A model generated the notes under the pieces. It was not told where the DNA came from. It ran no database searches and was given only the letters and a program-made list of their open reading frames with translations. Shown here in pieces: positions 1 through 9,541 of a stretch of DNA of 64,000 nucleotides. Both the position numbers and the translations under genes were made by a program. How positions within the stretch are numbered: the first letter of the stretch is position 1; every line of letters begins with the position of its first letter. Origin of the DNA: an uncultured Lachnospiraceae bacterium (lineage in GTDB: Bacteria > Bacillota > Clostridia > TANB77 > CAG-508); assembly GCA_964489885.1 (NCBI GenBank), contig CAZAZX010000001.1, positions 98,790 to 162,789 on the forward strand. Direction: 5' to 3'.

Positions 1-2168
1 TGATAATATCCTGAATCCATAAAAATGTTCCAAATTAGTTCTTCTAATCCAAGATATTTAGTTTCATCTTTCCATTTATTTAAATATTTAAAAAATCTAT
101 CTACTTTCTTTTTTAAATTTAAATCTTCACTATTTTTTGCCATTTCTAATGCTTCATAAAAATATGAATTTTTATTGAGTAATCTAATTTTTATTAATTC
201 ATTATCTGTAAATCCACCAATATATGATCTTAATACGCTTACCAATGGAATGTCTTGCAATGGATTATCTAAAATTTTTAAAACTGAAATTATTGTTTGT
301 ATTTCTATTGCATTTAAATATTCTGATGATGTGTCACTAAATACAGGCATTTCTAAATCAGAAATTGCTTTTTCAAAAATTGGAGCACTAGCAGATGTTG
401 CTCTTAATAAGATTACTATATCCTTATAAGTTACTTTTCTATATGTTTTTATATTTTTATCATAAACATAATAATCACTATTTAAAAAATCTTTAATTTT
501 TTTTGCAACATATTTTGCTTCAAGTTCGGTATTTTCAATTTTTTCTAATTCTTCGCCTTCATTATCTTCATCTAAGTCATCTTTTGCTAAATCTATAATA
601 CTTAATTCTGCCTTACCTCCAAAATTTAGTATATTTTTATTTGGTGCTTCATAGTCATTTTTTTGTCTTAAATATTCTTTTTCGTTATATTCAATATCAC
701 CTAATTTTTTTGTCATTATAGAATCAAAAACTAGATTTGTTAAATTTAATATATTACTCCTACTTCTAAAATTTTGAAATAATTGTATTTTTACATTATC
801 ATTTTCTTTTTTATCTTCTATTAATGAATATTTCTCATATTTATCCAAAAATAGTTCTGGTCTTGCTTGTCTAAATTTATAAATACTTTGCTTAACATCT
901 CCAACCATAAAGATATTATTTTTCCTTGATATTGTAGTTAAAATATATTCTTGCACTAGATTGCTATCTTGATATTCATCAACTGCTATTTCTTCGAATT
1001 TTTCTTGATATTTTTTTGCAACTTCTGTTTGAACATATTCTCCATTTTCTTCTTTAACAAGTATTTTTAATGCTAAATGTTCAATATCATTAAAATCTAC
1101 ACAATTTTTTTCCCTTTTCATAGATGTAAATTTTTCGTCAAATAAGTTTATTATTTTTTCAAATTCTTTTAGGACTCCATATACAGAACTAATATCCATA
1201 AATGTATCTTTTGAATCATATAATAGTGTTTTGCCTATACATGAAAAAACTTGCTTTTTAGCATTATCTCTAATTTGCTTTGCTTCCGTTTTTAGTTCTG
1301 ATACAATTTTTTTATCAACAGGCCATTTTAAATAGTTTATTAAATTAGCCTTTTTATATAGCTCATCCCAATTATTAACTGATTCTAAAAGACCTTTATA
1401 TATATTTATATCGTCGCCAATTACAATTTTAAATTTTTCTAATTCATAAGACAAATCCATTTTTCTATAAATATATTTTAATTGGTCAATTGCCTGTATC
1501 AAATTTTCAGCTAGTTCTTTTGTTAATATCTGTCCCCATATAGTTTTTGCAAAATCTTGATTTGTATCTACATTAAAAATCTCTGTTTTTTCATGCAACC
1601 ACTTTTGTGGAAATGGCGTACTCTGCATATATTGATAAATTCTAAGAACTGTATTTTTTAATTCTTCATCTCCTCTATATCCTGCATAATCATTGACCAA
1701 TTTTAAAAATCCACTTTCCTGTTTTTCATAAAGTTCATCAAAGACTTCATCAATTGAATCTTGTTTCAAAAGTTCCATTTCGGCGGTATCTCCAATTCTA
1801 AAATTAGGCGATATATCTATCTCATAAAAGTTATTTTTTATGACTTCAAGACAAAAGGCATGAATTGTAGAAATATTTGCTCTATTTAAAAGTATTACTT
1901 GCTTTTGCAAGTGAGCATTATTAGGATGTTCCTCTATCTTTTTGTAAATTGCTTTTAAAATTCTTTCTCTCATCTCAGAGGCTGCTGCATTTGTAAAAGT
2001 TACAACTAAAATTTTATCAACGTCAATTTTATTCTTAATTATCTTTTCAATAATTCTTTCAACTAAAACCGCCGTTTTTCCACTACCTGCAGCTGCTGCA
2101 ACTAATATATTTTCTCCATTTTCTTCAATAGCTTGTTTTTGCTCCTTTGTCCATTCAACTTCACTCAT
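1..2168 (-). CDS. addA: ATP-dependent helicase/nuclease subunit A (3' end runs off the window start; missed by the ORF track)
   Basis: Manual translation from ATG at 2168: MSEVEWTKEQKQAI...ILVAAAAGSGKTAVLVERII (Walker A), VVTFTNAAASEMRERI, AVDEYQDSN (Walker B), VGDVKQSIYKFRQA, QNFRS. No stop before position 1. Confidence 0.93.
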   Translation of the reverse strand, partial: MSEVEWTKEQKQAIEENGENILVAAAAGSGKTAVLVERIIEKIIKNKIDVDKILVVTFTNAAASEMRERILKAIYKKIEEHPNNAHLQKQVILLNRANISTIHAFCLEVIKNNFYEIDISPNFRIGDTAEMELLKQDSIDEVFDELYEKQESGFLKLVNDYAGYRGDEELKNTVLRIYQYMQSTPFPQKWLHEKTEIFNVDTNQDFAKTIWGQILTKELAENLIQAIDQLKYIYRKMDLSYELEKFKIVIGDDINIYKGLLESVNNWDELYKKANLINYLKWPVDKKIVSELKTEAKQIRDNAKKQVFSCIGKTLLYDSKDTFMDISSVYGVLKEFEKIINLFDEKFTSMKREKNCVDFNDIEHLALKILVKEENGEYVQTEVAKKYQEKFEEIAVDEYQDSNLVQEYILTTISRKNNIFMVGDVKQSIYKFRQARPELFLDKYEKYSLIEDKKENDNVKIQLFQNFRSRSNILNLTNLVFDSIMTKKLGDIEYNEKEYLRQKNDYEAPNKNILNFGGKAELSIIDLAKDDLDEDNEGEELEKIENTELEAKYVAKKIKDFLNSDYYVYDKNIKTYRKVTYKDIVILLRATSASAPIFEKAISDLEMPVFSDTSSEYLNAIEIQTIISVLKILDNPLQDIPLVSVLRSYIGGFTDNELIKIRLLNKNSYFYEALEMAKNSEDLNLKKKVDRFFKYLNKWKDETKYLGLEELIWNIFMDSGYY

Positions 2169-2328
2169 AAATTACTTTCACATTCCTTTAAATTAAAACT
2201 AAAACAAGTATATAATTTTTTTCAAAAAAAGGCAAATAATATTTAGATTTTTAGAAATAATATATATAATCTTTCATATTCAGTAATTATTTTGTTAATG
2301 AATATAATTTTTAAATGGAGGTTTATAT

Positions 2329-2763
2329 ATGGATAATGAAAACAATATCAAGGTTTTAGATGAAGTTCATAAAGGTTTAGTTATGGGAATGGAATCAATT
2401 TCTGTTATTTCAGCCAAAGTAGGTGACCGAAATTTTAGAGATGACTTAAATTATCAATATGATCAATATGGAAAAGTACTTGATAAAATAGATAAAAAAT
2501 TCCAAGAAGTTGGTATAAAACCAACAGATACTAGTCCAGGAGAAAAATTTATGGGTTGGACAAGTCTTCAAATGAATACAATGACAGATAAAAGCAATAA
2601 TAAAATTTCAGAGCTTTTAATACGTGGTAACACAATGGGAATAATACAGGGAAGAGAATTGTTGAACCAAAATCCTGATATATCTCAAGAAACTAAAAAC
2701 ATTCTAAATGAATTTGTAAAACTTCAAGAAGATAATATAGAAAAATTGAAAACATACTTGTAA
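2329..2763 (+). CDS. conserved hypothetical protein, probable ferritin-like four-helix bundle
   Basis: 144-aa ORF with GGAGG RBS and helical pattern (E..KG..MG, RG..MG...E). Family assigned from recall only. Confidence 0.5.
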   Translation: MDNENNIKVLDEVHKGLVMGMESISVISAKVGDRNFRDDLNYQYDQYGKVLDKIDKKFQEVGIKPTDTSPGEKFMGWTSLQMNTMTDKSNNKISELLIRGNTMGIIQGRELLNQNPDISQETKNILNEFVKLQEDNIEKLKTYL

Positions 2764-2790
2764 GAACTTTATTGCTTTTGCAAGAAAATA

Positions 2791-2821
2791 TTTTAGGAGA
2801 CCTATTTTTGGTCTCCTAAAA
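2791..2821. terminator. bidirectional intrinsic terminator between convergent genes
   Basis: TTTTAGGAGACC / GGTCTCCTAAAA inverted repeat with A/T flanks. Confidence 0.7.
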
Positions 2822-2857
2822 TAATATTTTTATCCGTCCACTTGTCCATATTTTTTC

Positions 2858-3259
2858 TTATTTACCTATATTTACTCCAACTATTCCCCCTATCATTCCA
2901 GCAATCGTTCCTAAAATCATCATTATTACTGCATTTAAATTTAAACTAAACCCTACTGATAATATACTTGATAATAAATATAAAACTATTATATATGTAA
3001 AGCCTATTATTCCTCCATTTATCATTCCATTTTTATGCAATTTTAATGTCGAAATTGATGTGCATATTAATATAGTAAATGCCGTTATTCCTATTATTAC
3101 TGGTGCAATATTTTTTTCTGGAAAATTTGTATATGTTAGAATAAGTGCAAAAAAGAATATAGATATCAAAGTAATCAACATTGACAAAGCCAATCCCTTT
3201 AGTATAACAAATAAATTACTATCTTTATCTATATTCGCATTTTCAATAACTTTGTTCAT
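2858..3259 (-). CDS. TIGR04086/YrzE-like 4-TM membrane protein
   Basis: Four hydrophobic segments, NGMINGGIIG and GMIGGIVGVN motifs. Start moved to ATG 3259, downstream of the AGGGGTG RBS. Confidence 0.7.
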   Translation of the reverse strand: MNKVIENANIDKDSNLFVILKGLALSMLITLISIFFFALILTYTNFPEKNIAPVIIGITAFTILICTSISTLKLHKNGMINGGIIGFTYIIVLYLLSSILSVGFSLNLNAVIMMILGTIAGMIGGIVGVNIGK

Positions 3260-3316
3260 CTCTCTCAACACCCCTTTATAAATTATATGGTTTGCTAATT
3301 GAGAATAGAACAAAAT

Positions 3317-4261
3317 TTATAAACTTTCTTCGCTATCTATCTTAGTTAAATTATCATTCCAACTGCTATAGTTCTCATCATTTTTGTGATTTTCTAAAAC
3401 ATTTTTTTCATTTAAATACTTACCAAGGTAGGCTGTTGCTTTTAAAGCTCCAGAATGATTCAAATGATCTCCTTCGTCTCTTGTTTCATTTTGCCAATCT
3501 ATATTAATTTCATCTTTAGCAATATTCATATCTAAAAATTCTATTCCTTCTTTATTTGCAAATTTTTCTACACCATTATGTCTTTCATAGTTCCAGTTTT
3601 TTACACTAGGTGTACTTAATATAATTAGCTTTGCATTATTATTTTCACAGTACTTATTTAAAAGTTTTAAATAGCATTTATTTACAAATGGTATTTCCTC
3701 AGCTTTATCCGAATATTGCATATAATTACTATCATCAGCAGAATCTATTTCATTTGAGTAAGTATATCCTTTGTTCACATCTGACCATGAATAATCAAAC
3801 TTTGGAACAAAATCGTATGCTTTTATTTTTTTACATCTACTATGATATTCACTTAATGGGAAAACATAGTTCACTATTTTTTCAAACGAGTTATCAAGCC
3901 CTAAATCTCTATAAATTGAATTTGATTCTAATATTACAAGCTTTGGATTTTGCTTTTTAAAAGCTTTATTTAAAAATATCATTGATTCTTGCAAGCATTG
4001 ATTGGGTGTGCCACAAATATAGCTGGTAAAACCATAGTCGTTCCATAATTTTAATGGAATTATTGCTGCAAATGATTCACTATCTCCAACAACCAAAGTA
4101 TCTATTGTATTTTCTTTTTCTCCCATAATTCCATTTGCTTTAGCATTATGAATTCCATACTCTACAGAATTTTTTTTAGGAATTACTATATATGTTAAAA
4201 TTATAATAAATACCAAAAGAATTGCTATAAATACTACTGATTTTATTATTTTCTTTTTCAC
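3317..4261 (-). CDS. membrane-anchored SGNH/GDSL-fold protein (DltD/PatB/AlgJ-like acyl-transfer partner)
   Basis: N-terminal TM, VGDSES (GDS nucleophile), C-terminal DEGDHLN. Last gene of the MBOAT operon. Confidence 0.75.
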   Translation of the reverse strand: MKKKIIKSVVFIAILLVFIIILTYIVIPKKNSVEYGIHNAKANGIMGEKENTIDTLVVGDSESFAAIIPLKLWNDYGFTSYICGTPNQCLQESMIFLNKAFKKQNPKLVILESNSIYRDLGLDNSFEKIVNYVFPLSEYHSRCKKIKAYDFVPKFDYSWSDVNKGYTYSNEIDSADDSNYMQYSDKAEEIPFVNKCYLKLLNKYCENNNAKLIILSTPSVKNWNYERHNGVEKFANKEGIEFLDMNIAKDEINIDWQNETRDEGDHLNHSGALKATAYLGKYLNEKNVLENHKNDENYSSWNDNLTKIDSEESL

Positions 4262-4273
4262 TTATTTTCCCCC

Positions 4274-5863
4274 TTAAAATTCTGCATACATTGGGTCAAC
4301 TGGAACATATCCATCTCCATATGCACCAAATACTATAATTATTAATATTAATGCATAAAATATTGACCATCTAAATATTATATTTTTCTTTGATAAAGCT
4401 TCTCTTATGTTTATTCCTTTCTCTTTTAAAATACTTATTATAAATACAACTACCAGCATAGTTATAACAATTAAAAAGTCATATCTGCCCATTCCAAAGC
4501 CTAAAATTGTTTTATTAAATATTGATTCTAATGAAAATTCAGAAATCATTTTTTTAAACATTTCTAATCCAGCTAAAAATCCATTAGCTCTAAAGAACAA
4601 CTCTCCAACTAAAACAAAACAAGTTGTTTTAATTATCTGCAAAACCTTATAATAAAAACTTTTTCTATCTATATGTAATTTAGTAGTAATCTTTTCAATA
4701 ATCGGTTCAAAAAATCTGCCAGTCATTATTAATACAAAATAATATAAGCCAAAGAATATATAATTCCAAGCTGAGCCATGCCAAATACCATTACATAGCC
4801 ATACTAAAAATAGTGCAATAGAACTTGAAATTAATGGTCCATAATAATTTCCCCATTTTTTTCTTGAAAAGGAAGTAAACTTTTTACATTTGTTTGTAAG
4901 AGAAACTGGATAAAAAATATAATCTCTAAACCATGCTCCTAAAGTAATATGCCATCTTTTCCAAAATTCTGATGTTGTCTTTGAGAAAAATGGCTGTCTA
5001 AAGTTTTCAGGCAATTTAACCCCAAATATCTCTCCTATACCTATAACAACATCAATAGTTCCTGAAAAATCCATATATAACTGTATTGTATATAAAATCA
5101 TACCAAGTGCAACGACTCCACCATCATAATAGCTATAATTATTAAACACATTTGCAACAAAAGAATTAAGTCTATCTGCAATTACTATCTTTTTCATTAA
5201 TCCCCAAAGTACCCTTTGCAAACCAAATGTAAGTCTTTCGTAAGTTACCTTTTCACACTTCCATAATGAATCTGCAATTTGAGAATACCTACTAATTGGG
5301 CCTTCCATCAATTTAGGGAAAAAGCCTATAAACAATGCTATCTTCGGTAAATTTTTATCTGCGACGATTTTTCCTTTATATACATCATAAATATATGCAA
5401 TTGCTTCCAAAGTATAAAAAGATATACCTATAGGCATAACTAAATGTGGAATATCAAATTGATATTCTATATTTAAAGTATGCATTAATGAATTAATATT
5501 AGTTGTTAAAAATGCGGAATACTTAAGAATAATTAACATTGCTAATAAGGCTATAATAGCTAAAACACAAAATATTTTTTGTCGTTTATTAAAATACGCC
5601 TTTACTTCTTTTTTCTTTTCTTTATCAATTTCTTTTAGTTTAGCTTTTTTCTTATTTTGTAAATAATTAAATGCTTGACCAAAAATGTACATTATCAATG
5701 TTGTTATAATCAAATATATAAGTAATTTTCCACTTATTGACCAAAAGAAAATATAACTTGATGCTAATAAAACCTTCCATCTATGTTTTTGAGGTACTAG
5801 ATTATATATTATTATTGTTAACGGCAAAAACACGCCTAAAAATAAAGCACTAAAATAATTCAT
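4274..5863 (-). CDS. MBOAT-family membrane-bound O-acyltransferase (DltB/AlgI/PatA-like)
   Basis: PIGISFYT, GPISRY, QLYMDFSG, ENFRQPFFS, EFWKRWHITL and GIWHG (catalytic His) motifs; multi-TM. Confidence 0.92.
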   Translation of the reverse strand: MNYFSALFLGVFLPLTIIIYNLVPQKHRWKVLLASSYIFFWSISGKLLIYLIITTLIMYIFGQAFNYLQNKKKAKLKEIDKEKKKEVKAYFNKRQKIFCVLAIIALLAMLIILKYSAFLTTNINSLMHTLNIEYQFDIPHLVMPIGISFYTLEAIAYIYDVYKGKIVADKNLPKIALFIGFFPKLMEGPISRYSQIADSLWKCEKVTYERLTFGLQRVLWGLMKKIVIADRLNSFVANVFNNYSYYDGGVVALGMILYTIQLYMDFSGTIDVVIGIGEIFGVKLPENFRQPFFSKTTSEFWKRWHITLGAWFRDYIFYPVSLTNKCKKFTSFSRKKWGNYYGPLISSSIALFLVWLCNGIWHGSAWNYIFFGLYYFVLIMTGRFFEPIIEKITTKLHIDRKSFYYKVLQIIKTTCFVLVGELFFRANGFLAGLEMFKKMISEFSLESIFNKTILGFGMGRYDFLIVITMLVVVFIISILKEKGINIREALSKKNIIFRWSIFYALILIIIVFGAYGDGYVPVDPMYAEF

Positions 5864-5864
5864 A

Positions 5865-6095
5865 CTATTCTTCTTCTTGTAACCTATTTATTAAATCCCA
5901 TATAGCTTTAGCTGAATTAAAGTTATCTGGTATAATTTCAACTGTAGGTATTTGTACATCAAATGTTTCCTCAATTTCTGCAACTAAAGATATTATTGCA
6001 AGAGAATCTAAATATCCCTCATCTATTAAAGTTGTACAATTTTCATAATCTACCTCTGAATCTATATCTTTTAAAATTTCTATTAATTCTTCCAT
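5865..6095 (-). CDS. acyl/aminoacyl carrier protein (DltC-like)
   Basis: 76 aa, acidic, GYLDSLAII phosphopantetheinylation Ser motif. Confidence 0.9.
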   Translation of the reverse strand: MEELIEILKDIDSEVDYENCTTLIDEGYLDSLAIISLVAEIEETFDVQIPTVEIIPDNFNSAKAIWDLINRLQEEE

Positions 6096-6109
6096 TTTTT
6101 ATCCTCCAT

Positions 6110-7264
6110 TTACATATTAAATTTATAAGTTTCTAAATCTTTTCTAAGTAACTCTATTCTTCCATCTTCGTTGATTTTTAATACCTGTGGTAAATTTCTA
6201 CTTAAAAATAAGGAAATTCCCTCTGTCATACAATAAGCACCAGTATTTTTAAAAATAAATGCATCACCTACTTTTAAATCGTTTACAGGATATTGTTTAA
6301 CTAAAATATCATTTATTGTACATAAAGAGCCACATACATTCCATTTTTCCGCATTTTCATTATCTCTTTTTGGATATACCTCACTCTTTGGAATTTTCAT
6401 AGCCATTGACTGTCCATAATAAACTAAATGATTCATTCCTCCATCTACTATGGCATATCTTTGATTTTTGTTTATCTTTTTATCTACTACTTTTGTAACA
6501 TATGTTCCACAAGTTGCGGCTATGCTTCGTCCAATTTCTAAATATACTTTTCCTTTAAATTGAATGCTGTTTACTATATTTGAAAATTCCTTTAAATATT
6601 CATCTTCATCAAATTCTTTATCTTTAAAATAATATACTGGAAAACCTGGTCCAAATTCTAATTCTTTTGCATCATAATCAAATTCATCGTGCAACTTTGA
6701 AATTACATTATCTGCATATTGAAATTCTCTTGCAATTATTTTTAGTGAATTCTTCTGTGTTCCAGAAAAATACTGTATTCCTATGAATTCCAAATTTGGA
6801 TAATCAGCTCTGTTTTTTATTATTTGCCTTAGTTCATCTTCATTTATTCCAAATTGATTTCCACTTGTAAGCCTTATAAGAATTTTTAATTTGCTATCAC
6901 ACTTTATGCTTTTAAAAAGTTCAAATTGTTCCATAGACTCAATTGTAAAATGTCTAAGATTTCCATTGTTTGTAATGATTTGTTTAATATGTTCTGGAGT
7001 CTTATATACACCAGAAATTAATACTTTATTTAAATCAACATTTTTTTCAGAACAAATATTAAATTCTCCAGGTGAACATACTTCAAATCTATCAATATAT
7101 TTTTCTATATCTTTTACAATAAAAGGATTAGCCTTAATTGCATAACATAAAGAAATATTTTTAGGTAAATTCTTTTTTAAATAATTTACTCTATTTTTTA
7201 AAGTATTAATATCAAATATATACAATGGTGTGTTATATGTATTAATTATTTTTTCTATATCCAA
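6110..7264 (-). CDS. PLP-dependent fold-type III decarboxylase (LysA/BtrK-like)
   Basis: TPLYIFD, YAIKAN (PLP lysine), EFGPGFP, EIGRSI, VDGGMNH, GSLCTIND, TGAY. Confidence 0.85.
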   Translation of the reverse strand: MDIEKIINTYNTPLYIFDINTLKNRVNYLKKNLPKNISLCYAIKANPFIVKDIEKYIDRFEVCSPGEFNICSEKNVDLNKVLISGVYKTPEHIKQIITNNGNLRHFTIESMEQFELFKSIKCDSKLKILIRLTSGNQFGINEDELRQIIKNRADYPNLEFIGIQYFSGTQKNSLKIIAREFQYADNVISKLHDEFDYDAKELEFGPGFPVYYFKDKEFDEDEYLKEFSNIVNSIQFKGKVYLEIGRSIAATCGTYVTKVVDKKINKNQRYAIVDGGMNHLVYYGQSMAMKIPKSEVYPKRDNENAEKWNVCGSLCTINDILVKQYPVNDLKVGDAFIFKNTGAYCMTEGISLFLSRNLPQVLKINEDGRIELLRKDLETYKFNM

Positions 7265-7276
7265 AACAACACCTCC

Positions 7277-8785
7277 TTACTTTATTAATGTATTTCTTAA
7301 AGCTTTTCTATCTATTTTACCATTTTTAGTAATTGGTAATTCATCTATTTGTTTTAAAATATTAGGTATCATAAAAACTGGGAGTTCTTTTTTAAGGTTA
7401 TTATGTAAAATATCCTTTGGAACATTTCCAACATAAAATGTACATAGTTTTTTCTTTTCTTCAAGATATATACAACATACCCTATCTACACCATCCATAT
7501 CATTAATTGTAGTTTCAATTTCCTCAAGCTCAATTCTATGCCCCATATGCTTAATTTGAAAATCTTTTCTTCCTGCAAAATATAATAAATCGTCATCTCC
7601 CATATATGCCATATCACCAGTTTTATATATTAAATCAATATATTTATCATTAAGCGGATTTTGTACAAATTTTTCTTTTGTCTTATTTAATTCATTATAA
7701 TATCCAAGTGCGAGTGCTGTACCCTTGACACAAATTTCTCCTATTTTATTTTTTTCTTTTACAAGTGTATTATTTTCGTCCAATAAAAATACTCTTTCAT
7801 TATCAAAATTGCTTCCTATAGGTATTTGTTTTTCATAAGGTAAACTTTTATCTATTACATGATATGTACAGTTGCAAGTTATTTCTGTTGGTCCATATAC
7901 ATTTACATAGTTAGCATCTGGTAAATATTTTATCCATTCTTTTAAGTGTTTTAATGGCATTACTTCGCCACTAAAAATAACTTTATTAATATTTTTAGGT
8001 GTTTTATATTCTAAGCCATGAAAAGTTGTTATTAAGCACAATGCCGAAACTGCCCAAATTAACGTTGTAGCTTTATTTTCATCTATATAATCTAGTAATT
8101 TTGCTGGCATTGAAAAAAATTTCTTTGGCACTATTAAAAGAGTTGCTCCTGTTTTTATACATGAATAAATATCCTTAACAGAAACATCAAAGTCAAATGG
8201 TGCTTGATTTGCTATTATATCGCTATTATTTATATTAAACTTATCTGTAAATATATCTATAAAATCAATTGTTGAACGATGGCTAATAAGTACACCCTTT
8301 GGTACACCTGTTGACCCTGATGTAAAATTAGCATATAAAGGATCTAAATCTAATAGTCTACTTCTAATTTCAAGCAATTTTTCTTCGTTAATTTTTGTAT
8401 TTTTTATTTCATCTATATCTAGAATTTTCTCTTTTGTTGCTAGTTGATTTGCAAGTTCTATATTATTTTTATCTGTAATTAAAAGTTCTGAATCTAATAC
8501 TTGTAATATTTTTTCAAGCCTTTTTGCTGGTAATCCAGGATTTAGTAATATATAAAATCCCCCTGAATACAATACCCCAAAAAAAGAATATAAGCAATTT
8601 ATACTCTTTTCCATTAATATCGGAATCGGTTTATTTATTTCTGTTTCATTTACTAAATAACTTCCAACTTTCTGACTGTTTTCTAGTAATTCTGAATATG
8701 TACAAGTTAGATTTTCTTCAATTACTGCAATTTTTTGTGGTAATTTTTTTGCTGTGTTTTCTAAATACTCTAATACATTTTTCAT
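7277..8785 (-). CDS. stand-alone amino acid adenylation enzyme (DltA-like A domain)
   Basis: FTSGSTGVPKG (A3), NQAPFDFDVS, FSGE, NVYGPTE, YKTGD, GRKDFQIKHMGHRIELEEIE, TKNGKIDRK (A10 Lys). Confidence 0.92.
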   Translation of the reverse strand: MKNVLEYLENTAKKLPQKIAVIEENLTCTYSELLENSQKVGSYLVNETEINKPIPILMEKSINCLYSFFGVLYSGGFYILLNPGLPAKRLEKILQVLDSELLITDKNNIELANQLATKEKILDIDEIKNTKINEEKLLEIRSRLLDLDPLYANFTSGSTGVPKGVLISHRSTIDFIDIFTDKFNINNSDIIANQAPFDFDVSVKDIYSCIKTGATLLIVPKKFFSMPAKLLDYIDENKATTLIWAVSALCLITTFHGLEYKTPKNINKVIFSGEVMPLKHLKEWIKYLPDANYVNVYGPTEITCNCTYHVIDKSLPYEKQIPIGSNFDNERVFLLDENNTLVKEKNKIGEICVKGTALALGYYNELNKTKEKFVQNPLNDKYIDLIYKTGDMAYMGDDDLLYFAGRKDFQIKHMGHRIELEEIETTINDMDGVDRVCCIYLEEKKKLCTFYVGNVPKDILHNNLKKELPVFMIPNILKQIDELPITKNGKIDRKALRNTLIK

Positions 8786-9009
8786 AGCATTATCCTTTCA
8801 CCGCAATAGTATATCACTAATTTTATAAAGTGACAACTAATCAAAAGGAATTATTGAAGAATTTTAGGGAAAATTAGTAACTAACACTTACATATCCACT
8901 TTTTATTATCTATTCTTTTTGTTTTTATTGTGAAAACAAACTAGTATAAATTAATCAAGACCAATTCAATTATGAATTGGCCTTGTGAAACAATTGTAAA
9001 GTGGTTCTC

Positions 9010-9333
9010 TTATAGACTTTCACAGGCCTTTTCAAGGCCTTTTCTAACTTCAGGGTTCCTTGCCGAAATAGCATAAACCGTCTCTAATGAACTGCCTCCA
9101 ACAATTGCCATACCTACGACCAGTCCATCTTCTGTTTTAGCAACAAGAACATCAGCAATTCCCATAAAGATTCCAGGAAGAACTTGGTCTATATACCATA
9201 CCAAATCAACCATATTTGGCTGGACATACCACGCTTGCATGAATAACGTCAAAAAAACTCCGGGCTCATCTTTATAATCAGAAACCCTAAAAATCCCAAC
9301 TACTACCTTTTTGTTATTTTCTTGCGATTCCAT
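9010..9333 (-). CDS. hypothetical protein (orphan; possible partial GNAT-like fold)
   Basis: 107-aa ORF with GGAGG RBS upstream; visibly less AT-rich than its flanks. Confidence 0.5.
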   Translation of the reverse strand: MESQENNKKVVVGIFRVSDYKDEPGVFLTLFMQAWYVQPNMVDLVWYIDQVLPGIFMGIADVLVAKTEDGLVVGMAIVGGSSLETVYAISARNPEVRKGLEKACESL

Positions 9334-9421
9334 AAGTTGCCTCCATTTCTCGCCAAAAAAATCGCATCACTTTAATCAATTATCTTTTATTATTTTATCA
9401 TATCATCGCTGTTTTTTCAAT

Positions 9422-9468
9422 AAAAAAGAAGCAAAATGCAATTAAATTAAGCATTTTGCTTCTTTTTT
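9422..9468. terminator. intrinsic terminator downstream of dnaJ
   Basis: AAAAAAGAAGCAAAATGC...GCATTTTGCTTCTTTTTT inverted repeat. Confidence 0.75.
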
Positions 9469-9470
9469 AT

Positions 9471-9535
9471 TTTGAAACAACAAGGCTTTTTTAGACCCCG
9501 CTTATTGCTTTAGCCGTGCTTTTAGGGCAGATTCC
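9471..9535 (+). mobile_element. degenerate copy of ~65-bp IS200/IS605-end-like mini-element (family 1)
   Basis: TTTAT|TTTGAAACAACAAGG...AGACCCCGCTTATTGCTTTAGCCGTGCT; aligns with the copies at 37741, 55785 and 62232. Confidence 0.55.
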
Positions 9536-9541
9536 TCTAAC

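Noticed and set aside
175-429. Short + strand ORF in the ORF track, and similar antisense ORFs (3060, 3631, 4407, 6891, 10580, 13270, 16940, 20133, 34132, 36987, 45012, 50530, 52590, 59570 etc.)
   Set aside because: They lie antisense to, or out of frame within, well-supported genes, lack RBSs and have shadow-ORF composition.
6110-7264. Calling the decarboxylase housekeeping lysA
   Set aside because: It sits between an A domain and a carrier protein and lacks the LysA CESGD-type motif, so no gene symbol was given.
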